A DNA stretch of 64,000 nucleotides from Takakia lepidozioides. Lineage: Eukaryota > Plantae > Bryophyta. Made by a program: the position numbers and the translations under genes. Of this stretch, positions 49,276 through 61,817 are shown piece by piece. The stretch spans positions 24,800,001 to 24,864,000 of the forward strand of contig CM060734.1 in the NCBI GenBank assembly GCA_030704615.1, written 5' to 3'. Every line of letters begins with the position of its first letter. Within the stretch, counting starts at the first letter, position 1. The notes below the pieces were generated by a model. That model ran no database searches. It saw nothing but the letters and a program-made list of their open reading frames with translations, and was not told the origin of the DNA.

Positions 49276-52209
49276 CAGGGAGCCACTGAGAAACTTGTGA
49301 AAATAGAGTGTAGTATGAAGAGTGGAGACCTGTGGGAGGATGGGGGAGCAAAGTCCCCCAGTAACAAGTAGTCATGAGTAACTTGAACGAAAGAGTTGCA
49401 ATGTTCTGATTTCCGGTCACTTGAGAGATAACGTATACGAGCATTTTGGGAAAAAATGCAAGAGTCTTTGTGCATGGAGAGTGCACTAGAGATTGTCTTG
49501 TGATGTAGTATAGTATCTGATAAATGAAAGAGCACTGACATGTGGTACATTAACTGCCAATTGTTTGGATCTTGGTAGCAAATTGACCAGTAATTAAGAG
49601 GCACATCGGGGATGTGTACTAATGAGTGTGCACAATTACAAAGCAAAGAATGCAGGATAAAGAAAGAGAGAAGGGGGTGGTGTCGGTGTCTTTGGGGAGA
49701 GCTGCACAAGACTCGCTGCTGGTTGCTGCGAAGTTGTACCTTGGACCAATCCCACCAAAGCCACCCCACAACATGGGGGTTGATGTATGATTCGTCTATG
49801 TCAGTGCTGGAGTCTCGCAGAGTACTCTCAATTGTCCAGCATAGAGCAGCGGAGGGTTGAGGTGGTGTTGGAAGATTGGACCATAATCACAAAATGAGAA
49901 CTGGAGGTGGGTAAGGGCGAGTAATACCTGAGGACATGCATTGTTGATAAGTAGTAGAATTGTACCGTTGTTTGGTGGGACCATCCCCCAAGCTTCTACC
50001 GACTTTTATAGTGCCCCTCATGAATTGATGTCTTGTAGAACCCAGTGTGATTGGGTTGGCCTGCCAGTAAGGTAGAGTTGAGAGTGAGTCAAAATGCAAG
50101 GTACTGGTAGCATGAGAGGGAGAAACTAGTGGCCAGCAGGGTAGAACACAATAATTGTGAGTGGCATCTGGAGATTGAAACCACTGTGTGCACTTACAAA
50201 GAGTAAGTTTACTGAAATTAACCAGGCATGCAGATAACACCCTGTGAGGCAGCGTGATAAGGTAGTGGGGGAGGGAACACATTGTCACGGTAGTGGGATG
50301 TATTTGGGGGAGAGGATTGACAAGCATATTGGAGTGAAACAAAATATAGTGGTTGCAGAGAAGCAGAGTACCTTGTGAAAGCTGGGACAGACAGAGAGGA
50401 GTAATTGCACCTAGTGATATTGAATCGGGAGCGAGGTAGAGATATCACGTTGGGGGTTGCTGGTGTGGTATAGTGTCGTCTGAGCATGAGTCCAGCATGT
50501 GTCTCCTGCTTGGGCCAGATGATGCGTAAGTAACCCCACCCTCGCAACCAGCGAGCAGGGGATCAGACACCCATCTCCTCGTCTTGCGGCCGCACTGATG
50601 ACCGGGGTGTGAGCTGAGTCTCCAAGAACTGTTGAGTGATGTCACAAGCCAGGTGAAGTGGGGCATCATCTGCCAGACAGCAGGGGTAGCGCCCGAGTAC
50701 CGAAACAAGGGTAGCACCATGGGTGTTTTGTCTGTATATATCCAGATGGGGGGAGTGTTGTGTGCGAAGCAAAGCCACCAGAGCTCGTAGAAAAAACCTT
50801 GCAAAGAAGCCTCCTTACGTTCAAGGTTGTTGTAGTGGACAGCAGAGAGGCTGACTCGCTGTGTGTGGAAATGTGACTACACATCATAGTGCTAGATGCT
50901 TCAGAATGTTCCACAAAGTGCGATCTTGTCTCGCAAAACAGACGCAGGGAGCGTGAGGTAGTGGGATCGTTACACATAGGGTTATCAGTAGTGCCTCCTT
51001 TGTGAAAAGGGTTTCCCGAGATCATCTGAAACTAGATGGTGGGGGGGGGGGGGGGGGTAGAGCTTCCATCTGCATATAGAACCATCGTCACAAGCATAGA
51101 GCGGAGAAGCCGAGCGATGGCGGCAGTGGAGTGTGGCGCTAGAAAGATAGGTGGGGTAAGAGTAGCCGAGCCGACATAAAAGGAGGAGGGATAGAACGTA
51201 GAAGCTTAAAATATAGCGGAACCCTAAATAATAAGTCATGGTTACAAAGTTTAGCGACAAAAACGGTGGGAGGGCGGAGCTCCGCCCTCACGAGCTTCCA
51301 TTCATGCGACCGTGCTGCTGAAAAAATAAATAAAAATAAAAATGCAGAGCCAACCTTCAACCTGCACAACACCATGACATGTCCATGGATTCATTTCTAT
51401 ATCTCTTTTGTATATAGGCTTATGTGTGGTCTCATTCTGAAGTTTATTTTCAGTTCAAAGACTGCAGCTGATCTGCCCTGCTATGCTCTCTTCTCTTTAC
51501 TTTCCTTATTTTCCACTTCCCTGTCTACGTTGCTTCTTATCTTTAATAGTGCTGGAATGTTCCTCATTTTATAGTGCTAGCACTAACAACAAACTATACC
51601 CAACTGGATTGGTGTTGGCCGTGATTCCAATTGAGCTGGTTGAGTTGCACATAACAGAATGGGCTGTATCAGTAAGAGCAACCAATGTTTGCTGGAGACA
51701 ATAAGCACCATGGGCCTCACTTTCATGTAAGTAGTATTATTCGCCTCCCTCACTGGAATGTTCACAACAGGCTCATGAGCACTGCATCCAATCTCTATTA
51801 TGGGTTCTCTTCAAAACGACAGTCAATAAAGAATGGAATGATAGTGTTGTGGCCATTGACCTTGCGCCCGGTTTGAGTTGAACGCAAAGGGACAGAATCC
51901 ACCTCTGTCAAAATGAAAGGAGTGGATTTTAAAACTACTGTTTGACCACACTACTGCTACAAAGGGCTATACCAGCATGATGTGGGATGTGCAATGATAG
52001 GTTTTGGAGTCCTGGCCCTCTCCTGGATGGTGAAAGATATATCTACGAGCGCCAGTTTTGAAATTTATGTTTGTTGGGTAACCGACACCCATTTTTGTAG
52101 GCTTGAAGTGTGGCAAAACAGACTGACTCCTAACTTGGACTTGCAGTGGAACGTAAAGTATGTTGAACTCCATTACAATCCCATCAGCATTTTGTGAGAT
52201 GGAAGTCTC

Positions 52210-52818
52210 ACACTGGCTTCTCCCTTGTACTTGCTCCCACTCCCCCGCCAGACTATGCCCGGACATCTTGCTTGTACATGGTTTACCCATAAAAACCCCC
52301 CACCCACCACCCCAACCCCGAACCTTACCATCTACTTTATTGAGTTCACATACTGCCATGATCGATACCCCACTGACTCAACGCTAGACAAACGGCTAAA
52401 ATATGCGCCACTTATTATTGCGCTTCGACATAAGGGCTGGGTCACTGGTCCTTTGACGGTTAATACGGCTGGCACTAGAGGCGGCATTCATAACACCAGT
52501 ATCGATGCACTACACACTAACTTCAAACTCCCTATCCTCTCCATTCATAAATGTTTCAAAGCAATACACCTCACAGCCCTCCGCTCCCTCACAGCCATTA
52601 TTACTAACAAACGTAAACTCGAATCTAATCCTTCTCTGGCTCCCGGGGTGCCTAGGGTACCCTAGGTACCCCAGGTACCCACGCTACCTTGCTCCTCTAG
52701 ACTCCTAGTGTCCTATGGACACCTTTTTAGAGAGGGCCCACCCCCGAGAGGGGGCAGTAGCCGTGAGGCGAAGTGGCTCCTAGTTACGCCGGCTTTGGCC
52801 GGAGTCTTCTCTCTCTCT
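52210..52818 (+). mobile_element. 5'-truncated copy of the RLE non-LTR element (endonuclease and 3' UTR)
   Basis: WLLPCTC...RLCPDILL; YFIEFTYCHDRYP...KYAPL; same 3' UTR and CT tail as 48321-48406. Confidence 0.85.
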
Positions 52819-53659
52819 ACTTCTTACCACGCTTGCAAGGCCAGTGCCAAACACCTATTTGGCTTGGAAGGGGTTGTGGATATTTTCAAGAACGTCCTAG
52901 AGGGTTTGCATGGAAGTTCATCAACACCCCTTCCCAAGGAGCCACCTCTGGTTATTTATATCGCCGATACCGAGGACAAGGACCTTGACGAGGTTTTTTC
53001 CTGTGAGTAAGTTCAGTTTTCGCAGGTTTCGTCTGTTCTTCATAGAGCACAGTGTTCCTTCTTGTTGCTTGTCATGTCAGAATCCACATGATTCCACAGT
53101 GCATTTTTGGAAACTGAATGTAGTTCATTCCAATTGAAATTGTGCTTAGTTTCCCGTTTTTTCTGTGTTTGTTGGTCCAACAGATTCTTGTTGATCTTCT
53201 GCAGGAGTCCAATTGGATCCAACGGCCTAAGGCGCTTTGTCAACTTCATGCTTTGCTTTCAAGTCCCCCACCTTCTTATGAGCTGCCCGACTATGCAGAG
53301 GCATTTGCAAGAAGAATGTCTCTGCAACGGATCACCTACAGCCCTGCCAGGGTTGGCCCTATCACAAGACACCGTGGATGTGGGGCTAGGGTTCTTATAG
53401 ATGACATAGCGGATGTATCGGAGGGTAGTTCCACTGGCGTTGACACTTGACCATGTGCTAATTTGGTGCACATCGTGTAATTTTTTGTTCATCCATAAAC
53501 GACTATTCTAATAGACAATCATTTTCCAAACAATGGTCACCTGGACAGCTTCTTGCATATATATATAAATGTATGGAAATGTGGAGATTAGCTATATATA
53601 TATATGCAGTAAAATATAAGGAAGTCCAAAGCAAAATGGCTCCCTTTCTAACTCGTAAG

Positions 53660-53844
53660 ATTTCATCAGAAGTACTAGCATTGATTAGCGAGAACCATCT
53701 TTTCTCGACGCAATGTAGGAGGAGTTTATGGATGTGCCAGACTGCTTGGTTATGACAAGTTATACAAAGCCCGTGGATGACCGGGTGTGTGCATTGGCTA
53801 AGAAGGTGTGGCCAGGTGTCACGTTCCTGGTGGGTATGAGAATA
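53660..53844 (-). mobile_element. Distal piece of a minus-strand RLE non-LTR copy split by the CACTA
   Basis: SHTHQERDTWPHLLSQCTHP...HNQAVW; rejoins 60554 in frame as HCPLY|SHTHQ. Confidence 0.85.
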
Positions 53845-54899
53845 CACTAGTACAGATTAACGTTTTTATGACTATGGATATCACTGCATTTGCAGTGATT
53901 AGTGCTTTTATTACTACCTCACTCTGCAGTGACAAACACGAAGTCAGTTCTACCATGACTACAGAGTGACAAGTGCGAAGTCATGGTCGTCACTGAGGAC
54001 GTGGCACTTGCCCATCGACGCATAGTGATGTAGGGTTTGGTGATGTAGTCATAAATAGATGACTACACGACTGAATGTTATGACTGAGGTTACGCCTACA
54101 TGGAGATGCGTCTCCATGACACGTGTGACCCTCCGGATGTGACACGTAGCGTCTACATGGAGAGGCGTCTGCGTAACATGTGGGATCCTTTGGGATTTGA
54201 CATGTGTAATCATCCAATGGAGTAGTCATATCTTTATGACTACACGACTATGGGTATGGCTATATATCACTACAACACTATAGACGTCACGTGGTCTGTG
54301 ACTGACACGTGTTGGTCATGTAGATTTTATAATTTATTAAATATTATTTAATTTTTAATGAATAATTCAGATATTAAACAAATTAAATTAATATGAAATT
54401 TAATAAACCATGTGGAGCTCTCATAAGCACAAGAATTGGCAAAGAGGAAAGGCCAACCCTGTTGGCAGTTGCAAAGAGTGGCAAAGAAAGATTCTACCAC
54501 CAACCCTGTTGCATAGATTGACAGAAGCTGCAACAATATGATACAATATGAAAGACACAACTACAATCAAACATGCCATCCATAGAAACACCACAACAAC
54601 CTCAGAGGACATTGCACCTTCGAACGATTTCTGGAGGTTAATACATCAGACATTGACATGGTGTTCGAACCAGTCCGCCTATATATATTCCCAAAATATA
54701 CTTCATTGTTCAAGCACGAGAAACCCCAAGAGAAAAATTGAGGAAAACCCCCTAAGAAACCCCTTGAGAAACATCGGGGTCCAAGCAACCAGCTAGGATA
54801 ACACACATACAACGACCATCACATTTGCATTCTACCCCGAGAGTGAGGCCAGCCAAATGAGCACATGCCTTCATACATGTGTTCACTCTCTAGACCAGC

Positions 54900-57800
54900 A
54901 TTCACTCAACCAGCTAACTTACAGAATTCAACATCAAAATTCAGGGCCGATTCTCATAAGAGGGAACAATAGGGTGTTGACAAATGTATAGAAATGTGGG
55001 AAACCTTGAGTTGGTGACCATGTGCTTCACCCCTTCTCCCATCATTCATAGGTCTCCAAAGCCTGCATCCCGCATACCCTGCAAGCATCGCGTTCCACGA
55101 CACCACATCTCATTCAGCTATAGTGTTGAACTCTCATTTCGCATCCTCAATGCTCCCACATTTGGCATACATGTCCACCAGAGCAGTGTGCAGGATGAGT
55201 TCTAGTACAATTGCAGATGTGATGATGTCACCATGGATCTCTTGGCCCTTTTCCAGGGTTGCCAGGCTTGCACACGCATTGCAAACACACACAAACATTA
55301 TGTGATCGGGCTTTCACCCCTTCCCCCATCAGTTGCTCATAGGTCTCCAAAGCCTCCATCCCACGTCCCTGTTGTGCATACCCTGCAAGCATCGCACTCC
55401 ACGATGCCACATCTCATTCAGCCATAGTGTTGAACACTCCCTTTGCATGCACCCACATTTGTCATACATGTCCAGTACCAGGGGTGTCCATAATGACATC
55501 TGGTAATCTGACAGGCATTCACGATTGTCCCACCATTGACTGGGGTCAGAAAAGTACTCATTCCACATCTTCTCCTCATCTCTGTTTCCTGTTTGTGGAT
55601 ACTTTCATGTTGTCACATTGGCAGTATCATGTCATAAGTCACTCCAAACTCAATTCACTCAACCAGCTAACTTGCAGAATTCAACATCAAAATTCAGGGC
55701 CGATTCTCATAAGAGGGAAAAACAGGGTGAAAAGTGTTGAAGAAGGTGCCTTCATTAGCAGTGCCTAATTACAATCGAATGTGTCGCTGCTGCTGCGGCT
55801 TCTAATTGACCATCTACCCATGCGGGTTTCTTGTAGCTATCATTCCACAGGGAATCATAGGTAATCTGGAGCTTGAAATCCGGCCCTCTTGGATGAATCT
55901 GGACCCACACTCTATACCTGCTCCTTCAGCTATCCATGCTTCTGCACTAATCATGCATACATCCTTGCCTTGTTGCTAGTAGCTGCCAATGACAACCTAG
56001 ATTTTTTCTAGGAAACACCCTCACACGAGTTCCTATGCTCAATGACATCTGCTACTCTCTGTGATGCAGTAGGCATTCACCTTTTTGCCTCGATTGTCCC
56101 ACCATTGACTGGGGTCAGAAAAGTATTCATTTCACTTCACCGTCACCTCATTGACAAACTATCCATGCAGCTTGACCTGAGACTAACAAATCTGCCATGG
56201 CCAAGACAGCCAGGCACAAGAACAAAAGTAGGTGTCCATACCAGTGCAGAGAGTGTGGATGCAAGCAGGATCAGGCTCAAGATCATCTTTGGCAGCTATG
56301 AACAGGCAAGGCACCTCAAACCCATTGATCTCCACATGTGTTGCCACCTTAACCAATAACTTTGCATCATGCATCCATGATGCCTCATCCGAGCTACCAT
56401 GCCATACCATCCAGGAACATTTCCTCTCAGCCCCTTTATCCAGATGTATTAGCCCTCGCTCTCTTTCTGCTAGAGGATCAGTCTGAAATCAACCTCACAA
56501 TTCCTAAATAACGGACATAAATCCACATTCAATTCCCTTGGGAATTGAATTGCAATGGCAATTTGGGTCTAGTCTCATATATCCCGGTGGACTAAACCAT
56601 CGCAGCCAGCTCTAGGGTGTTATCAGGAATAGAGCCTTAAATGGTACATCAGAGCCCCAAACAACCACAGATCCACCCAACAAGCTAACTTACAAAATTC
56701 ATCCTAGGTAATCTTGTGCTTGAAATCTGGCCCTCTTGGATGAATCTGGACCCACACTCTATCCCTGCTCCTTCAGCTATCACTGCCTCTACAAATCACA
56801 AATCATGCATACATCCTTGCCTTGCTGCTAGCAGTTGACAATGACACCTACCAACAACGAGCAGACTCTAGAAATTCATGCAGATTTGTTCTAGCAAACA
56901 CCCCAACCCTACTTATCACACTACTTCCTATGCTGACTTACGCTTCCAAAAGGCATTCACCTTTCTGCCTCGATTGCATCTGTTTCTCTCTGTAATCCAA
57001 CATGCATTCACCTTAGCCTCCATTGTCCCACCATTGAATGGGGTCCGAAAAGTGTTCATTGCAAAGCTTCTCTTCATCTTTGTTATCTGTTTTTGGTTAC
57101 TTTCCTGTTGCCACATCAGCAGTAGCTTGTCAAAGTCACTCCAAACCACCAAAGAGCTAACTTACAAATTCAATATGCAAATTCAGGGCCGAGTCTGATG
57201 AGAGGGCAAAACAGGCTGAAATAGGTCGAAGCAGAAGGTGCCCTCACCACTTTGTCCTCGACCTTGTGTCATGACCCATGGAGGATTTGACTGACCATGA
57301 ACCCAAGAGGACCTCTTGTGTGTGCTGCTTGCATCTATAGTCATGTAATGTCGGATTGGTCTGTGAGAACCACCACGTTGCAGCTTAGCAGGCAGAGATT
57401 GAAACACGGCCTGCTAAGGATGGACAAACTTCTTCACATCGTACATGAAGAAAAGCCACACCTTGTGATTGCGGTTGTCCCACCATCGTGAAGGATCTTT
57501 ATAAAACTCATGCCAGCTCACATCACGAATAAGCTAACTTGCAGAATTCTACATGAAATTTTAGGGACGACTCTGATAACAGGGCAAAACATGGTGAAAT
57601 GTGTTGAAGAAGGTACCTTCATTAGCAGCGAATTGTTCTATCAATTGTGCTGCTGCCGCTTCTGTTTCCAAGATGACATCTGGTACAATTCCAGCTTTGA
57701 TAATGTTACTATGGACCTCTTTCCTCTTTTCCAGAGCTCCCAGGCTTGCACACGCATTGCACACACAAACAAATGTAATGTGGTTGGGCTTCACCGCTTC

Positions 57801-59950
57801 GCACATCATTTGCTCATATGTCTCCAAAACATTCCTACCACACCTATGCTTGGTAAATCCTTCCAACATAATTCGGCACGTTATCAAAGATCATTGAGGC
57901 ATTATGTTGAACACTTGGTGAGCATCCCTGATGCTCCAGCACTTAACATACATGTTGACAAGGGTGTTGAGTAGAATTTTTTTTGGCGTGAATCCACAAT
58001 GGATAATGTGGGTGTGCACCTGCTTTCCAGCTTCCAGGCCTTCCATCTTGATGCACTTAAGCAAGAGACAGACATACATATCTGAATCTGCTAACATGCC
58101 TCCTTGGTTTAGAGTCTGTAGAGCCTCTATCAGGCTGCCTACCGCACAAAGTATCTTCACATGCCCAGAAGTGCCAGAAGAGGCATTGTGGACTCCCTCT
58201 CTTGATCCTCTAATTTCAGAAGTTGTGGTTATGGTTGAGGTGCCTGATTTTATCAACTGTGCCGCTGCAGCTGCTGCCTTTAGTTGACCATCTACCCATA
58301 CAGGTTTCTTGTAGCTACTAATCCACCTGGAATCAAGGTAATCTGGAGCTTGAAGTCCAGCCCTCTTGGATGAATCTAGACCCACACTCTATCCCTGCTC
58401 CTTCAGCTATCCATGCCTCTACACAAATCATGCATACATCCTTGCCTTGCAACTGATAATGACAGCCTAGATATGTTCTAGGAAACACCCAACTCAGCTT
58501 ATTACTCTATATTGAATTGCGTCTGCTACTCTCCTGTAATGTAACAGGCATTCACCTTTTTGCCTCGGTGTCCCACCATTGACTGGGGTTAGAAATGTAT
58601 TCATTCCGCAGCTTCTCCTCATCTCTGTTACGTGTTTTTGGATACTTTCCTGTTTTCACAGTGGCAGTATCATGTCAAAGTCACTCCAAAACTACATTCA
58701 CTCAACCAGCTAACTTGCAGAATTCAACATGGAAATTTAGGGCCGATTTTGATAAGAGGGAAAAACAGGGTGAAATGTGTTGAAGAAGGTGCCTTGATTA
58801 CCAGTGCCTAATTTTATCAGTTGTGCCGTTGCTGCTGCGGCATCCAGTTGACCATCTACCCATGCAGGTTTCTTGTAGCTATTGATCCACAGGGAATCAT
58901 GAGTAATCTTGTGCTTGAAATCTGGCCCTCTTGGATGAATCTGGACCCACTCTCTATCCCTGCTCCTTCAGCTATCTCTGCCTCTCTGTTCTAGCAAACA
59001 CCCTAACCCTACTTATCACACAAGTTCCTATGTTGACTTGAGCTTCCAACAGGCATTCATCTTTTTGCACCAACGAGCTAACTTGCAGAATTCAACCTGG
59101 AAATTTTAGGGACGACTCCGATAACAGGGGAAACAGGCTGAAATGTGTTGAAGAAGGTGCTCATAGGTCTCCAAAGCCTCCATCCCGCGCCCTTGCTGTG
59201 CATATTCTGCAATCATCGCACTCCACGACACCACATCTCGTTCAACCATACTGTTGAACACTCCCTTTGCATCCTCGATGCACCCACATTTTGCATACAT
59301 GTCCACGAGTGACGAGAGTACTGTTCAGAATGACATCGGGTACAATTCCAGCTCTGACAATGTCACCATGGACCTCTTTGCCCTTTTCCAGGGCTGCCAG
59401 GCTTGCAAATGCAAACGTGATGTGGTCGGGCTTCACCCCTTCCGCCATCGTTTGATCGTAAACGAACGTGACCAGGTTTGCCTTTTACCCCTTCCGGCAT
59501 CATTTGCTTATAGGTCTCCAATGCCTCCATCTCGCATCCATACTGGGGAATATCCCGCGATCATCACACTCCAAGACACGACATTTCGTTCAGCCATATT
59601 CTCAAACACTCCCTTTGTATCCTCAATACTGCCACATTTGGCATACATGTCCACGAGGGTATTGTTCAGAATGACATCAGGTACAATTCCAATTTGATAA
59701 TGGCACCATGGACCTTTTATCCTTCTCCAGGGCTGCCAGGCTCGCACACGCATTGCAAACACAAACGAACGTGACCCGGTCTGGCTTCACCCCTTCCCGC
59801 ATTATTTGCTCATACGCCTCCGTAGCCTCTATACCACACCCCCGCTGTGCATATCCTCGCCCTTCCTGCATCATTTGCTCAAGAATAAGCTCAAGAAAGT
59901 TGCATCAGTGCCCCTGCATTGCATATCCTGCGATCATCGCGTTCCATGAC
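54900..59950 (-). pseudogene. Shuffled, duplicated exons: PLS-class PPR repeats and OSB-type PDF motif
   Basis: LVDMYAKCGSIEDTKGVFENMAERNVVSWS etc.; WNEYFSDPSQWWDNR(GKK) and IHPRGPDFKHKITHDSLWINSYKKPAWVDGQL, ~4 copies each, with GT-AG intron. Confidence 0.85.
56255..56400 (-). pseudogene. Captured fragment resembling mitochondrial Rho GTPase (MIRO) second GTPase domain
   Basis: SSDEASW...LLVKVATH...GFEVPCLFIAAKDDL, recalled as matching plant MIRO SSDESSW...LLVEVA...GYEVPCL..AKDDL. Confidence 0.7.
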
Positions 59951-60553
59951 ACAGGTTCTCACTGCTTCGGCTCGATACTACGAAAACAAATGGTAGCGCG
60001 GGAGACAAAAGGAGGCTAAGTCCCAGGCCTCTGTGTTCACGGCTGAACGTGGGCAACCCTAAAGCAACTTTTTGAATTTTTTAACTTTTTGTACTTTGTA
60101 TCATTCCATTAACACAAGTGCTTCGTTAAAGATAGATGGATGAGGTCATCCAATGGATGAACCCATTCATGTATATGCCTTAAGATGCCATGTGTAGTGA
60201 TGTAGTCATATAAATAGAGCTGTGAAACCTCATGTAGTCATGTAGTCATAAGCTTCTATGGCATGTCATCAATGTGTAGTAGTGGTGTAGTCATTTAGTC
60301 ATAAGCTTATATGGCACGTGTCTGACGTGTAGTATTGCGTATGACTACTAGTTATATAAACCAAGCCTATGTTCTTGGTCAACAATGTTTGACCGCGGCT
60401 CCTAGTCATGTAGTAAAATGTATGACTGCATTAGATTAAAATATATTAAAATGCCCCCAACAATGGGTTTCATCACTTCGTAGTCACATACATAGTCATG
60501 GTTACCAAGGTTTATATCACCCGTAGTCATAAAAACATTAATCTGTAGAAGTG

Positions 60554-61817
60554 ATAGAGGGGACAATGCGGGGAGGGAAAAAGACGTGGCCAGAATATGT
60601 GTTTACGTTGATGTCCCATATATTGTGCATATCGGAGATTAAGCATATGTCTGATTTGGGTGTCAGTGGTTGCTTTGGAGTGCCAAAAGTAGTTTGAGAG
60701 TTTGTTATGGAGTACTGCGGATTGTGTCCATTTCTGTATGTATATTTTAGTGTGGCTAGCAGATACCGAGGTTTGCTTATTGGCTTCTCGAGTAAGGGTT
60801 TTCAAAAGGTTGAGTATGGGTCGGGGTTCAAGGGGGTCGGGTATAGGGTGTATTAGCCAGAATGGGTGGTATGTGCTATGTGGATGGGATCATTGGTAGG
60901 GTCAACAGGGGGTTCGTCGGCACCTTCCTGGGCAAGAAGGTCGGTAGCCTCGTTCCCCCGGATACTTGTGTGTGTGCGTACTTTGATAAAGTGAATGGGT
61001 TGGTTGATGGAGATAGCCAGGTTGGCGATGGCTGTGATGAGATTACGGTCAGAGTGGTGATGGCGAGAAGATGGGCGAGAGAGGTGGTTGCGGATGAGAA
61101 AGAGCAAGGTGAGGCTGTTTGTGAAGATATAATGTGGAGGGGAGAATGAGGACAATTGGGCGAGCGCTTCAAATATTGCCATGAGTTCCGCACGAAGTAT
61201 GATAGCAGGACCAGGAAGTCTGTGAGCGGTGCCCTGATTGGTAGCGGCATGGTATATACTCCATAACGTGCGTGGGAGCCGGTGAGGGAGCCGTCGGCGT
61301 AGTGGGAGTGGGATGGAGGAAATTTGGGAGGTATAATTTGGCAGTAGGATGGGATCAGCATGACTTGCCGTGGGGGTAGCTGCACAGATTACACCAAACA
61401 ATTTGTGGAAAGAATGGATATCCGGAGCTATAGGCGTTACAGATGAAGCATTATGCTTACTAAGTTGTAGAGTAGAATTACTGTAGTTAGCTAGCATAGG
61501 CGTGGTGGCCGGGCACGGTAGCGCCTTTTTCCATGCCTTGCTTAAGTTAATCCTAGGGAGTGGGCCAGGTGGAATTGTGAGGACTGGGTGTGTGATATGG
61601 TGGGGATAGATGGTGGTTTTTAGCTTGTGAGTGCGCTTAAGGAGTCGATTCAGTAAGGCAGGGAAGGTGGGAGGTATGGTGGAATGTGTGGTGTGTTGGA
61701 CATGAAGGAGAAGGGTAAGGGTGGGTTCTTTGTAACAAAGGTATTTGGGGAGAGGTGGGGTGTGGATGTACCGGAGTTGGTAAGGTTCGATAGCGGCGAG
61801 GAGTGTTACGCTGGGTG
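60554..61817 (-). mobile_element. Minus-strand RLE non-LTR copy (RNase H region)
   Basis: YADGS, LRAELMAI, FTNSL, KVRTHT..GNEATD; YAQYMGHQRKHIFWP. Confidence 0.85.

Larger units (their letters stand above)
53845..60553. mobile_element. Non-autonomous Pack-CACTA, 6709 bp, TSD ATA
   Basis: CACTAGTACAGATTAACGTTTTTATGACTA ... TAGTCATAAAAACATTAATCTGTAGAAGTG; ATA at 53842-53844 and 60554-60556; TAGTCAT subterminal repeats; no transposase. Confidence 0.92.

Noticed and set aside
51290-53500. Host gene exons around the short RLE copy
   Set aside because: No recognisable domain or consistent splice structure in any frame
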